DNA of 64,000 bases from assembly GCA_000004985.1 (NCBI GenBank), contig GG738887.1. One strand, written 5' to 3'. The notes beneath the pieces are model-generated. The model did not search any database. It was not told the DNA's origin and saw only the letters and a program-made list of their open reading frames with translations. This document shows positions 44,558-55,498 of the stretch, in pieces. Each line of letters starts with the position of its first letter. Within the stretch, counting starts at the first letter, position 1. This stretch comes from Naegleria gruberi (lineage: Eukaryota). Position numbers and translations under genes: made by a program.

Positions 44558-47287
44558 ATGTCTGCCAAAATACAAGAACGTCTGGCTTTCTTCCAGAGCA
44601 ATATTAATAGTAATAACAACAATACAACGGCTCCATTTAAGAGTTCGGTAACATCTGTTGGAAGTATTAAGCAACAACAACAGCAAGCATCTTCATTGAG
44701 TGTACAGCCAAAGCCTAGAAGTCAAACATTATTTGTCAAGCCTACTAGCACTACTTTAAATACTTCCTCTACTACTAATACGAGTGCAACAAGCAATTCT
44801 CTTAGTAAGAATAATATTACTTCCAATCCTACTATTGTTGTAAAACCTCCAACCAAGACTGTAACAATCTCCTCGACTCCTTCTGTTGTCACTACTAACA
44901 ATACTAGCACAAGGGTAAACACAGCATTATCATCCACCAATAATTCAAATAGTGATTCATCGACAAAACCAATGAGTGCAACACCTTCCGAGAAGAAACC
45001 ATCTGGAATTGCAGCAAAGTTAGCTCTCTTCAGCAATGGTAATAACAGTAATAGTAGCAATACCACACAACCAACAGTTTCTCCAAGAGCATCACCAAGA
45101 CTTTCCATTCATCTTTCCAGCTCACCATTCTTGAATGGAAGTTTGAATAATAATACGACAGCAACAACAAGTAATACTGCATCTTCCAATGCAGTACAGG
45201 CCTCTCCAAGAGCTTCACCAAGATTGTCAATTGCATTATCATCTTCACCATTTTTCAACATGGAAAAGGAAAATTCGACCAATCCTTCACCATCTACAAC
45301 ATCTTCGACCACAACAACTCCACCAACCACAAGTTCTACCACTCCAAACACAACAACAACAACTACATCGACAGCAAGTGGTAGCACCAGTACTAGTTCT
45401 TTGAAGGATAGAAAGAATTTATTCGAGCAACAACCACCGACAACTCAACCACCTGTATTTAAAACTAGAAGTGCAACTGTTATGCCATCTTCTAGACCTT
45501 CAACCACACCTTCCTTAGTCACTAGTGGAACAGGTAGTGGTGTTAAAACATCACCAGTTAGTCCTACCACAACTGCTCCGATCACTTCATCCAATGTGAC
45601 TGCAGTTCCAAATACCACCTCTTCAACAACCTCAACAACTCCGTCCACCTCTTCAATAAGTACTCCTTCGACAACAGGAAATAGTATTAAGGATAGGTTC
45701 TCAATGTTTGAGAAGAAAACAGAGGAAAAGCCACCTGTTGTTGGTTCTGGAGCAAAGTGGACAAAACCAAAGACTCAAGAAACATCGACTCCAACAACTA
45801 TTGGTGCAAATAAGAGTGTTTCTCCTCAAACTAAACCAGTTGAAGAAAAGGTGACAATTCCTCCTAAGGAAGAAAATAAGACTGAACCATCAGCTGAACC
45901 ACCAAAAGTAGCAGTGCAAGAAACTACAGTTAAAACAAAGGCTCCTGAAACAATTAAGGAAAATCCAAAAGATGATATTAAGCCAAAATCTCCAACATCT
46001 GAATTGAAACCTGAGGTCACTAAACCAGTTACTTCTCCAAGAGCAACAGAAAAAGCTGTTGAACAAAAACCTGAGCCAAAGACTGTCTCATCAACAACCG
46101 CTACTGCTTCAACTGAAAAGAAGGTAGATGTCAAACCAACTGAACCAGTTTCAAAACCAACACCAGCTACTACATCAGCTTCAGGATCCACTTCTACAAC
46201 AGGAGGTTCTCTTAAATCAAGGTTTGCCATGTTTGAAAAGAAGGAAGAACCACAACCGGTTGTTACTGCCACCAAACCAAAAGTTTCACTCTTCAAGAAG
46301 GAAACCGAAACTAGTGCTCCAACAACTGAACAAAAGGCTGAAGTTGCCAAACCTGTTGTTTCACCAACCACTGAAAAGAAGGTTGAAATTAAGGTTGTAC
46401 CAAAGCCAACAGAAGCTAATGAAGAAAAGAAGGTTGAAGTGGAAGTTGAACCAAAGTCAACTGAAACAACATCTGCTCCACCAACCACTGCTTCAACTGA
46501 AAAGAAGGTTGAGTTGAAACCAACTGAACCTGTTTCAAAACCTTCCACAACTCCAAGCACTGCCACATCAGGATCCGCTTCTACAACAGGAGGTCTTAAA
46601 TCCAAGTTTGCCATGTTTGAAAAGAAGGAACCAGCAACTCCTACTCCAAAGAAGGAAGAACCAACAACTGGCTCAAATTCTGTGAAAAACAAATTTGCCA
46701 TGTTTGAAAAGAAGGATGAACCAACTCCAGAACAACCAAAACCTAAATCAGCAGCAGGATCTGTTGCTGACAGATTCAAACCTAAAGAATCTAGTCCAGA
46801 GGTTATTACAACTCCACCTCCTTCAGAAACTAAATCCTCAAGCGTCCAAGACAGGCTAGTCAAGTTTAAGCAACCTACTGCTTCAGAAACATCTCCAACC
46901 TCTGCTGAAGCATCAGGTACTCCTAAACCATTGACCATTCAAGAAAAATTGGCCAAACTGAAACAAAATTCTGCTGGAACTCCACCACCATTCGGTTTTA
47001 TGGGTGGTCCACCTCCATCTTTTAAGAGTTCACCAAGCTCTGGTGGTGGTAATGACACTCCTTTAATTAATGTCTTTTCACCAACACCTTCCACACCAAA
47101 GGAAAATGTTCCAGATGCAGCCTCTCATGAGAGACAACACCATGGTACCTTATCTTCAGATACTGCCCTTAATAGAGTGAAAAAGGTACCTACCAACAGA
47201 AAGAAGACAGTCATTAAACACAATATTGACAAGGTAGAAAGTACCAGAAAGAGTATTGTTGCTCTCGATGTCGAGGAAGATGAATAA
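44558..47287 (+). CDS. Long intrinsically disordered S/T/P-rich protein (about 910 aa) with repeated (K/R)x(R/K)FAMFEKK(E/D)EP motifs. No signal peptide.
   Basis: It starts MSAKIQERLAFFQSN. Six motif copies: KDRKNLFEQQ, KDRFSMFEKKTEEKP, KSRFAMFEKKEEP, KSKFAMFEKKEPA, KNKFAMFEKKDEP and QEKLAKLKQNS. Between them are runs of TTTTPP, SSTT and KP(T/V)E. Minus-strand ORFs (44722..46938) are composition artefacts. Confidence 0.5.
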   Translation: MSAKIQERLAFFQSNINSNNNNTTAPFKSSVTSVGSIKQQQQQASSLSVQPKPRSQTLFVKPTSTTLNTSSTTNTSATSNSLSKNNITSNPTIVVKPPTKTVTISSTPSVVTTNNTSTRVNTALSSTNNSNSDSSTKPMSATPSEKKPSGIAAKLALFSNGNNSNSSNTTQPTVSPRASPRLSIHLSSSPFLNGSLNNNTTATTSNTASSNAVQASPRASPRLSIALSSSPFFNMEKENSTNPSPSTTSSTTTTPPTTSSTTPNTTTTTTSTASGSTSTSSLKDRKNLFEQQPPTTQPPVFKTRSATVMPSSRPSTTPSLVTSGTGSGVKTSPVSPTTTAPITSSNVTAVPNTTSSTTSTTPSTSSISTPSTTGNSIKDRFSMFEKKTEEKPPVVGSGAKWTKPKTQETSTPTTIGANKSVSPQTKPVEEKVTIPPKEENKTEPSAEPPKVAVQETTVKTKAPETIKENPKDDIKPKSPTSELKPEVTKPVTSPRATEKAVEQKPEPKTVSSTTATASTEKKVDVKPTEPVSKPTPATTSASGSTSTTGGSLKSRFAMFEKKEEPQPVVTATKPKVSLFKKETETSAPTTEQKAEVAKPVVSPTTEKKVEIKVVPKPTEANEEKKVEVEVEPKSTETTSAPPTTASTEKKVELKPTEPVSKPSTTPSTATSGSASTTGGLKSKFAMFEKKEPATPTPKKEEPTTGSNSVKNKFAMFEKKDEPTPEQPKPKSAAGSVADRFKPKESSPEVITTPPPSETKSSSVQDRLVKFKQPTASETSPTSAEASGTPKPLTIQEKLAKLKQNSAGTPPPFGFMGGPPPSFKSSPSSGGGNDTPLINVFSPTPSTPKENVPDAASHERQHHGTLSSDTALNRVKKVPTNRKKTVIKHNIDKVESTRKSIVALDVEEDE

Positions 47288-47325
47288 TTAACAAATAACA
47301 ATTATTAGGACAATTTTGAAAATGT

Positions 47326-47739
47326 TTATTCTTCTTCGTCTTCCCATTCGTCAACATCTTCTCCACCTTCTTCGTCATAATACTCATCATCTTCACCACC
47401 TTCCCATTCATCCTCATCTTCGTTTTCTTCTTCTTTTGGAGGTACTATTGAAACTGTTTTCGTTCCATTGACTTGATCAAGTATTTGGGCATCATGATTA
47501 ATCAGATCCTTATTGAGCAGACCATCTTGATCATTCACATAAACCTTTGATTCGTCTCCAATGGTACCATAATTGTATTTTCCACCTCCACTCTTCTTAT
47601 CATTTCTCAAAATACGTCCACTCTTAATGAATTTTCCACATGAACGATCACGTCCATTGACAGCAATAATGTGATGCCTCTTATTTTGCTTTCCTAATTC
47701 CTTTGGTACTGGTAATTTTTCGTCCATTTTCTCAGTCAA
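47326..47739 (-). CDS. Small hypothetical protein (137 aa) with a strongly acidic, W/E/D-rich C-terminal tail.
   Basis: ORF plus positional context: it diverges from the PP2C gene across a 348-nt promoter region. The tail is EENEDEDEWEGGEDDEYYDEEGGEDVDEWEDEEE. Confidence 0.35.
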   Translation of the reverse strand: MTEKMDEKLPVPKELGKQNKRHHIIAVNGRDRSCGKFIKSGRILRNDKKSGGGKYNYGTIGDESKVYVNDQDGLLNKDLINHDAQILDQVNGTKTVSIVPPKEEENEDEDEWEGGEDDEYYDEEGGEDVDEWEDEEE

Positions 47740-48087
47740 CTAATTGGTTTGTCTCTTTGCTTTCTGGATATCTTTTTGAGTTTTATTTCGATACTAGCAA
47801 CCAAGTTTACTGCCTCTAAAATAGAAATCGAATAGTTTTGGTTTTTTTATTTTAATGTGAGTTTACCAAACGTGTAAACTTTCCTTAATGGAAATCACCC
47901 AAAATAATGGTATCTTTTGAATTGGTTCATTACGATCTGTATACTGAGTTCATACGAAATTAACCATTATCAAATTTAAATACAAAACAATGTATTACAT
48001 TGCACAAGCAAAATTTACGGTTACGAACTTTGGGCGCCAAAAATAAAAATTCAGAGACAAATAAAATACCTTTAGAAGCTAAACAAT

Positions 48088-49270
48088 ATGGGACAAATTT
48101 TGGATAAACCAGTCACTGATAAGACCACTCACGTGGGGAAGAATGGATATGCAATGTTCGGATGTAGTAGTATGCAAGGATTTCGTTTATCTATGGAAGA
48201 TCGACACAACTATTTTACAGAATTGCCTCGAGTTGCTCCTCCGAAAGTACAACAAGCAATTGAGAGGGAAGATGTACATGTTTCATTCTTTGCAGTGTTT
48301 GATGGTCACTCAGGTTTGTATTAATATCATGATTGTGATGATGAGTTAACTTTGGAATCAAAATAATAATTAAGGTGATACATGTGCCGAGTTTTTGTCA
48401 AAGAATTTATTTAAACAAGTTTTACTTGAGGAAGTTGAGAATAATCAAAACATGACTGCTTGGAGTTTATTGAATAATGATCAAAATATTGAACAAGGAT
48501 TTTTAAAAACCGACACAGAATTTGATAAATCATGTGCTGGAGTTGATGACAGTGGTTCAACAGCTACCACACTTACTGTAAAAAGAATTGGAAAAGATAA
48601 ATTGGAAGTCATTTGTGCAAATGCTGGTGATTCCAGAACTGTATTACATTATAAGGGAAAGACAGAGCCAATGAGCTATGACCACAAACCCCAAGTCAAC
48701 AGTGAAAAGGCCAGAATTTCAAAGGCAAAATCGTATGTGGAATTTGGTAGAGTAAACGGTACTTTGGCTGTTTCAAGAGGTTTTGGAGATTTGAGTTATA
48801 AGAAATACGACAAGTTGCCACAGGAAGAACAAGCTGTCATTCCACTTCCTGAAGTTAAGAGAGTTGTTGTTGATTTGAATGATAATAGTGAATATAACTT
48901 TGCTGTTTTGGCATGTGACGGTGTCTGGGATGTCATGTCAAATGCTGATGCAACAAACTTCGTCTTGCAACGATTGATTGAACAAAAGAATGGCACATAC
49001 AAACGTTTAACCTACCCAGGTGACCCACCTCAACAACCATCTTCTGCTCATGGATCTGAACATTCTGGATTTGATGCACCAGAAAATCAATCACCAACAC
49101 CTGGAAAATTTGATTTAGGATCAATTTGTGAGGATGTACTAGATCATTGTGTTAGGGGACTTGACAGCAAAGACAATGTTTCTGTAATTATAGTACTTTT
49201 CCAAAGAGATGATGACTACGTTCCTCCTCAAGCAATCAATCTACCACCAAACCATTTTGCAAATAAATAA
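48088..49270 (+). CDS. PP2C (PPM-family) Ser/Thr phosphatase, PPM1A/B-like, with an N-terminal MGxxLDKP motif. Two exons, with a 61-nt intron at 48314..48374.
   Basis: MGQILDKPVTDK…GCSSMQGFRLSMEDRH…FFAVFDGHSG|GDTCAEF (gtttgt…attaag intron) …DDSGSTA…ICANAGDSR…YDHKP…VNGTLAVSRGFGD…LACDGVWDVMSN are the canonical PP2C motifs. The N-terminus parallels mammalian PPM1A/B (MGAFLDKPK). Confidence 0.85.
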
Positions 49271-49443
49271 AACTATTCCACAAGCATGCTTGAAGTCAAC
49301 CAGTAAAGCATCAAGCTCATTGAGAATCTTTGAATCAAGGAGATCAATTTCCTTTCAATACCTCCTCTGAAAGGAGTAATAGTTATTCAAACTTTAATTA
49401 CAAGAATGCAGTGCGCTCATTTTCATAATCAACTCTGAAAAAA

Positions 49444-50727
49444 ATGCAAAAATCAACTCTTCACCATCAAATTGAAGTTGAAGAAGTAGAGAGGACTCAT
49501 TCATCATCATCACTTCCGAAAATAGTGCATTCGGAACAACAACCATCTACTACCAACGTTATAGTATCGAGTGCTTTGGCTGGATGTGCAGCCCGATTGG
49601 CTCTACATCCGATCGATACCATAAAAGCAAGAATGTAAGTATCTTCATATGAATAATAGTTTAAAACAGGATCGGAAATTATAGGCAGGTACAAATTACC
49701 AATCCAGAGCTTACATCAAAATTATCAACTGCTATTTTTGAAGGAGGAGCAAATACGAATGGTGGAAATCAAATTTATAGAAATACGTTTCATGCAATTA
49801 CAAGCATGACAAAATATGAAGGTGCTAGAAGTTTTTATAAAGGATTGGGTGCATCATTGATATTTACTGGACCTGCAATTACATTGTACTTGACTTCATA
49901 TGAATATTGTAAGAAAAAATTGTATATACTTGGAAATTATTTAAAGGAAAAGAATGGTGATAATTTTCTTTCGAGGAATTTGATGGGAGAAACAGCACTT
50001 GTCCATTTAGCAAGTGGTTTAGCAGCTGAGAGTGTTAGTTGTGTATTTTGGGTTCCACATGATGTTCTCAAAGAAAGGTTACAAGGTTTGTTTATATAGA
50101 ACTTTTGAATTTACGAAATAATTACATGAACAATAGTTCAACGAGGAAATGAAATCAATCTTACTCAACTCATGAAAATTGTTAGAAAGGATGGATTTTT
50201 ACAACTTTACAAGGGATATTGGATTACATTGGCATCATTTGGTCCATTCAGTGCCATTTACTTTTTAACTTATGAAAGAATGAAGGAACTGTTTCAAAAA
50301 CAAACCTCACAACAAACTCTTCCATTTTCAACAACCTTACTTTGTGGAGCTATTGGAGCTGGATTTGGATCGTTTTGTACCCTTCCATTGGATGTAATTG
50401 TAAGTATTGAGATAATATTTTTCAATGAATTATTGATTTTTTTCTAAATAATTAGAAAACACGATTCCAAGTTCAAAGAAGAATGAAGATGCAAAATATT
50501 GCCATGGAGGAGGATGTAATGTACTACAAGAATTTTGGTGATGCAGTACGAAAGATTATCAAATATGAAGGTCCAACTGCCTTTTGGAAAGGTTTCACAT
50601 CAAGAATGGTTTATGCAGCTCCAAACTCTGCTTTGATTATGGCTCTGTGTAAGTAATTTAAATGTTTCGATTAAATTATTAATAATGGAATAGTTGAGCT
50701 GTTTAAACAAAAGTTTGAATTTATATA
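49444..50727 (+). CDS. Mitochondrial carrier family (SLC25) protein, at least 6 exons.
   Basis: Exon fragments carry carrier signatures: ALAGCAARLALHPIDTIKARM, YKGLGASLIFTGPAITLYLTSYEY, LASGLAAESVSCVFWVPHDVLKERLQ, LYKGYWITLASFGPFSAIYFLTYE, GAIGAGFGSFCTLPLDVI|KTRFQVQ and WKGFTSRMVYAAPNSALIMAL|FELFKQKFEFI*. Introns start gtaagt or gtatct. Exact exon boundaries of the middle exons are not fully resolved. Confidence 0.65.
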
Positions 50728-50912
50728 AAACATGATTTCTTTATTCAATTCTCAAATCTGTTTTGGTTTTTTACGTCAAGCAGGGTTGATAAATGTAATT
50801 AGATGAAATTTTAATGTTTAGGTCGTAAATTGCCTTTTATTATTTCTCGTCAAAAAGAAAAAAGATAAAACCATGTGGCCCATTTAACTTTAAAAGAGAA
50901 ATGATTTATTTA

Positions 50913-51397
50913 GAAAGCATTAATCAACTTTTTAACTTCATTATCAGCAGCTGGACCTCTAGATTCATTACCAACATTTGCAATGAGTGAGACATTACAA
51001 TCCAAAGTAACAATCAAATCAGTACCATCAACCTTGTTAGTATAACCAAGGAAACCAGATGATTCCTTACTGTCAGCATTGTGAACAACTCTGAAAATTC
51101 CAATCCCAAGAATGCTTCCTTACAATCAGGATCCTTAATGAAAACCTTGGCAATTTCAGCCAAATTACTCAATCTAGCACTTTCAGTCAAGAATTTAATG
51201 CTATTATTCAACAAGGTATCTTCTTCAGCACGAGTTTCGTACTTGTACTTGATAATAATTGTTGGCAATGCACCGAAAGCTTGCCAATCCAATAAGATGA
51301 TCATCTTTGGGTTAACTTGTTGAAGATTCTTGGTAGCACCAACAATACGCTTGTTGAAGAATTCGAACAGTCTTTTTGAGAGCGAGGCCACTTCCAC
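50913..51397 (-). CDS. Hypothetical protein of about 150 aa. Two exons, with a 38-nt intron at 51033..51070 that has a TACTAAC branch box.
   Basis: Exon 1 …EFSELFTMLT | intron gtaaggaatcatctggtttccttggttatactaacaag | exon 2 VDGTDLIVTLDCNVSLIANVGNESRGPAADNEVKKLINAF*. The splice model removes a stop and extends the ORF. No domain assigned. Confidence 0.4.
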
Positions 51398-51979
51398 ACA
51401 TGTTTTGAGTGAATAATTCTTCGTGAGTGAGTTGAGTCATTTAGTTTAGTTTGTGAGGAAAATGTGATTTCAATATAACCTCTGAAACAAACGTGAAATT
51501 CGTCTTGTATTACTGTACTTAACAGCTCAAATTATTGATATAAATCCATCCAAACAAACAAACAATTATAACATATTCTATTGGGGTTCAACCCATGCTC
51601 GGGTCGTAAACAAAAAATTGGAATACAATTAAAGTAGTGTTACATTTCATTGATATAATACAAAGTTAATCCATTTCTGTAGTATTGATTTGAACATCTG
51701 ATAAAGTTCCATTATGTAAGGATCTAAGCAATTTAGTCTTAATAAGTTTTACATTTTTGAAAAGAAGAGGATATCTAAATACTTGCAATCTTTGTGGCTT
51801 TTGATTGTTTTTTCATCGAATGACTTGGCAGCAACATGTTGCATGATTTTATACTATTCAAGAAATTATTCTTTTCATGATTATAACATGGTTACAATGT
51901 GGAGTTTGGTAAAGTTCAATTGAAAAGCTCAACGTATTTTTTAATGAACATGTTCAATATTTTAAGCTAGGCTAGCAGC

Positions 51980-53524
51980 TTATTTTCTTAGTGATGTCAA
52001 ATGTTTCATTTCACTAATGTATTTGGCTCCTTCACCACCAATTCGATTGTAAGACATATCAAGTGATGTCAATTGTTTCATTTCACTTATTGATTTGGCT
52101 CCTTCATCATTAATTTGATTGAAAGAAATATTAAGTGATGTCAATTGTTTCATTTCACTTATGTGACTAATTTCATTGTAAGAAATATCAAGTGATGTTA
52201 AGTGTTTCATTTCACTGATGTATTTGGCTCCTTCATCACTAATTAGATTGTTAAAAATATCAAGTGATGTTAATTGTTTCATTTCACTTATATATTTGGC
52301 TCTTTCATCACTAATTTGATTGTTAGAAATATTAAGTGATGTTAATTGTTTCATTTCACTCATGAACTTGGCTTCTTTACCACTAATTTGATTGTTAGAA
52401 ACATTTAGTGATATCAATTGTTTCATTTCGCTTAAAAATTTAGCTCCTTCATCACTAATTTGATTGTTAGAAATATCAAGTGATGTTAATTGTTTCATTT
52501 CACCAATGTATTTGGCTCCTTTACCACTAATTTGATTGTCAGAAATATTAAGTGATGTTAATTGTTTCATTTCACTTATATATTTGGCTCCTTTACCGCT
52601 AATTTGATTGTTGGAGACATTAAGTGATGTTAATTGTTTCATTTCACTTATTGGTTTGGCTCCTTCACTAATGTCATTGTAAGAAATATTAAGTGATGTT
52701 AATTGTTTCATTTCACTGATGTATTTGGCTCCTTCATCACTAATTTCATTGTAAGAAATATTAAGTGATGTTAATTGTTTCATTTCGCTTATGAACTTGG
52801 CTCCTTCTGCACCAATTTGATTGTAAGAAATATCAAGTGATATCAATTGTTTCATTTCACTTATATATTTGGCTCCTTCATCACTAATCCGATTGTTAAA
52901 AATATTAAGTGATGTTAATTGTTTCATTTCACTTATATATTTGGCTCCTTTACCACCAATTCGATTGTTAGAAATATTAAGTGATGTCAATTGTTTCATT
53001 TCACTTATATATTTGGCTCCTTTACCGCTAATTTGATTGTTGGAGACATTAAGTGATGTTAATTGTTTCATTTCACTTATTGGTTTGGCTCCTTCACTAA
53101 TGTCATTGNNNNNNNNNNNNNNNNNNNNNNNNNNNNNNNNNNNNNNNNNNNNNNNNNNNNNNNNNNNNNNNNNNNNNNNNNNNNNNNNNNNNNNNNNNNN
53201 NNNNNNNNNNNNNNNNNNNNNNNNNNNNNNNNNNNNNNNNNNNNNNNNNNNNNNNNNNNNNNNNNNNNNNNNNNNNNNNNNNNNNNNNNNNNNNNNNNNN
53301 NNNNNNNNNNNNNNNNNNNNNNNNNNNNNNNNNNNNNNNNNNNNNNNNNNNNNNNNNNNNNNAAACCACGAATCATCAATCATGGAAATTATCTCAAAAC
53401 AAATATCATCTGAAAATATTTCTTGTTGCAGTTTCACAACTTTTTTTGATTTTTCTTCCATATTGTTTTTCATATTGTTGTTGTTAGTGAATATTTCCTC
53501 CGAATTAATTGACTCGATTTTCAA
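51980..53524 (-). CDS. Leucine-rich-repeat protein (RNI-like 24-aa repeats, at least 20 copies) interrupted by an assembly gap.
   Basis: 24-aa unit GAKYISEMKQLTSL(N/D)ISNNQISDE repeats in tandem. The 72-nt units are highly similar at DNA level. The N-run 53109..53362 lies inside the array. Confidence 0.6.
   Translation of the reverse strand: MKIESINSEEIFTNNNNMKNNMEEKSKKVVKLQQEIFSDDICFEIISMIDDSWFXXXXXXXXXXXXXXXXXXXXXXXXXXXXXXXXXXXXXXXXXXXXXXXXXXXXXXXXXXXXXXXXXXXXXXXXXXXXXXXXXXXXXNDISEGAKPISEMKQLTSLNVSNNQISGKGAKYISEMKQLTSLNISNNRIGGKGAKYISEMKQLTSLNIFNNRISDEGAKYISEMKQLISLDISYNQIGAEGAKFISEMKQLTSLNISYNEISDEGAKYISEMKQLTSLNISYNDISEGAKPISEMKQLTSLNVSNNQISGKGAKYISEMKQLTSLNISDNQISGKGAKYIGEMKQLTSLDISNNQISDEGAKFLSEMKQLISLNVSNNQISGKEAKFMSEMKQLTSLNISNNQISDERAKYISEMKQLTSLDIFNNLISDEGAKYISEMKHLTSLDISYNEISHISEMKQLTSLNISFNQINDEGAKSISEMKQLTSLDMSYNRIGGEGAKYISEMKHLTSLRK
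53109..53362. other. Assembly gap (254 N) inside the LRR repeat array.
   Basis: N-run in the sequence. Confidence 0.95.
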
Positions 53525-53743
53525 AATCTCTTTTTTGTTTCCTAATTTTTTTTAATTTGGATATAAACCAATCTTCAACTATCGATAAGGTATTCTCACA
53601 CGTCCACAATGTATTGTTTTCTTATTCAATTTTCATGTAATCGGCCATATCACGACGAAGGCAGTCCAATTGCTTAGCCTATTCGGTAACTTGGGACCTA
53701 TGTTCCTCAGAGTTCATACCAAATCAGTCCGGTACAAAAAAAA

Positions 53744-55355
53744 ATGCCAAAAATTCGAAGAGGTACACCCTTGGGCAATCTTCTTTTAAATTATTCGGAA
53801 GGTGATTTATTGTCTTTTCATGTATTGCCTTTTATTGATTTTAGGATAATTCGTGAATCTATTTATTTGGTTTCCAAGCAAGTTGCTACACTTGTTCAAA
53901 ATGCTTCCTGTTGTGATTTCATATTGTGTTTGAACTCGGAGATGACCAGGAAGGTTTCATTAGAGCCTCCAGTTAGTAAAATAACTAGGGAGGAATTATT
54001 TCCATCCTTGTTGTGGTTTGCGAGTGGAGTGGAAATTTACAGTAGCACTAACTTGGATTTAAGTCACAAGAATCTGTTAATTGCCAGAAAGATTTATGAA
54101 AAGGCTTTTCAGAGGAGGAGAAAATTGAAAATTTATTTTAGTTCTCTGCAGGGATATAAGCAGTATATGGAATTTTTGGAAAATTACATGATGGAGAAAA
54201 TAAGAATAGAATTTACAATATATGAAATGGAATTACTGAGATCAGCAATAAGAACCATAGAAAATACACGGAAAAAACTTGGGCATTTAATATTAACTCA
54301 AAGAGGAATTACTATGAATGCACTCGCCAGCATCACTACTCTATTTGGATATTTAAAGGATAAGAAAGTATTCGATCTCTTTGAGAAGGTGGAAATGAAA
54401 ATTGGTGATGAAATATTGAATTTTATTTTAAATGAAAACAATTGCTCTATATTATCACATTTACATGAATCACTTCAATTTAAATGTTTAAAAATTGTAA
54501 TTGATGATTCTTCAAATGATATCAATGCCAAACCTTTTGACTCTATCCGTCAAGGAATGTATCATTAAGATAAAGGAAGAAAAAGATGATTCGACAAGGA
54601 TGTTGGAAATGTTCAAAACTCCAAGCCTATCAGTACTTACCATTGAGAAAATGAAACTGAAAAATATTCCTCTGGTCAAATGTACGCTTAAAACACTGAA
54701 ATTAGATAACAATAACATTACTGGTGACTTGACAGATTTTGAGAGGTTGAGAGTTCATAATTTAGAGCTTCTTTCACTTTCTAACAATATGATTGAAAAA
54801 TATCAAACGTACGCCAGCCTTACCAAACTTTCACAGCAAGTAATAGCTTTAGGAAATGTTTTTGATGTCATTTCAATGGATGGAGAAATTAAGGAATTTA
54901 CTGGAGAAGAATATCATGTAGAGAGATCTAAATACTTTCATAGACCAATCAATTGGGTACCTACTCAGAATATTTTGAGATTTATTAGGAGTCACACTTC
55001 TCAACTCGTGGTTTCTCAGAAAATGCACTTTAAAGATCTGATAACAATTAAGCAATTGTCTGGAGAAGATCCTAATCTATTATTTTGGAATTTACTCTAT
55101 TCAAGTCCATCAGTCAACAAGAAGAACATTACAATAATGTCTGGTTTTATTCAAATGGGAATTAAATTGAATAGTCAATGTTCCAAACAAATAGGTATGA
55201 ATTGGATCTTTATTGGATTATTTTTGAGATCCGCTAATTCAGTACGATGTACTTTATTAGACAGCAAAGGATTTGAACCTTCCCTAAATTATATAATTGA
55301 AAATTGGTCAACCATTTCAAGTCAACACGAGCACATCAACAAATTGAGAAAATAA
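53744..55355 (+). CDS. F-box-like/LRR protein split into two overlapping ORFs by a +1/-1 frame change near 54500..54570 (sequencing error, unresolved small intron, or pseudogene).
   Basis: ORFs 53744..54568 and 54501..55355 overlap by 68 nt in different frames. The second has LRR-like segments (LKTLKLDNNNITGDL…LELLSLSNNMIEK). The first has an N-terminal F-box-like hydrophobic pattern. Confidence 0.4.
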
Positions 55356-55498
55356 AAAGTTGTGAAAAACTGTAGTTGAATAAGATTCGCTTATGTTTCG
55401 ACCGTTGTGATGTCAACCCCATTTTTGTTCATTTGAAAGAGCGCTTTCTTTTTAGTGAGAGCGAGCCAAAATCAAAAAAATAACACCAACACCACAGC

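Noticed and set aside
44722-46938. Minus-strand ORFs (128, 73, 92, 67, 370 aa) antisense to the S/T/P-rich gene.
   Set aside because: Low-complexity G/V/E-rich translations are typical of the reverse complement of T/S/P codon runs, and they have no independent start context.
51980-53100. CRISPR-like regular repeats.
   Set aside because: The 72-nt units are in-frame LRR coding repeats with no unique spacers, and they sit inside a long ORF.
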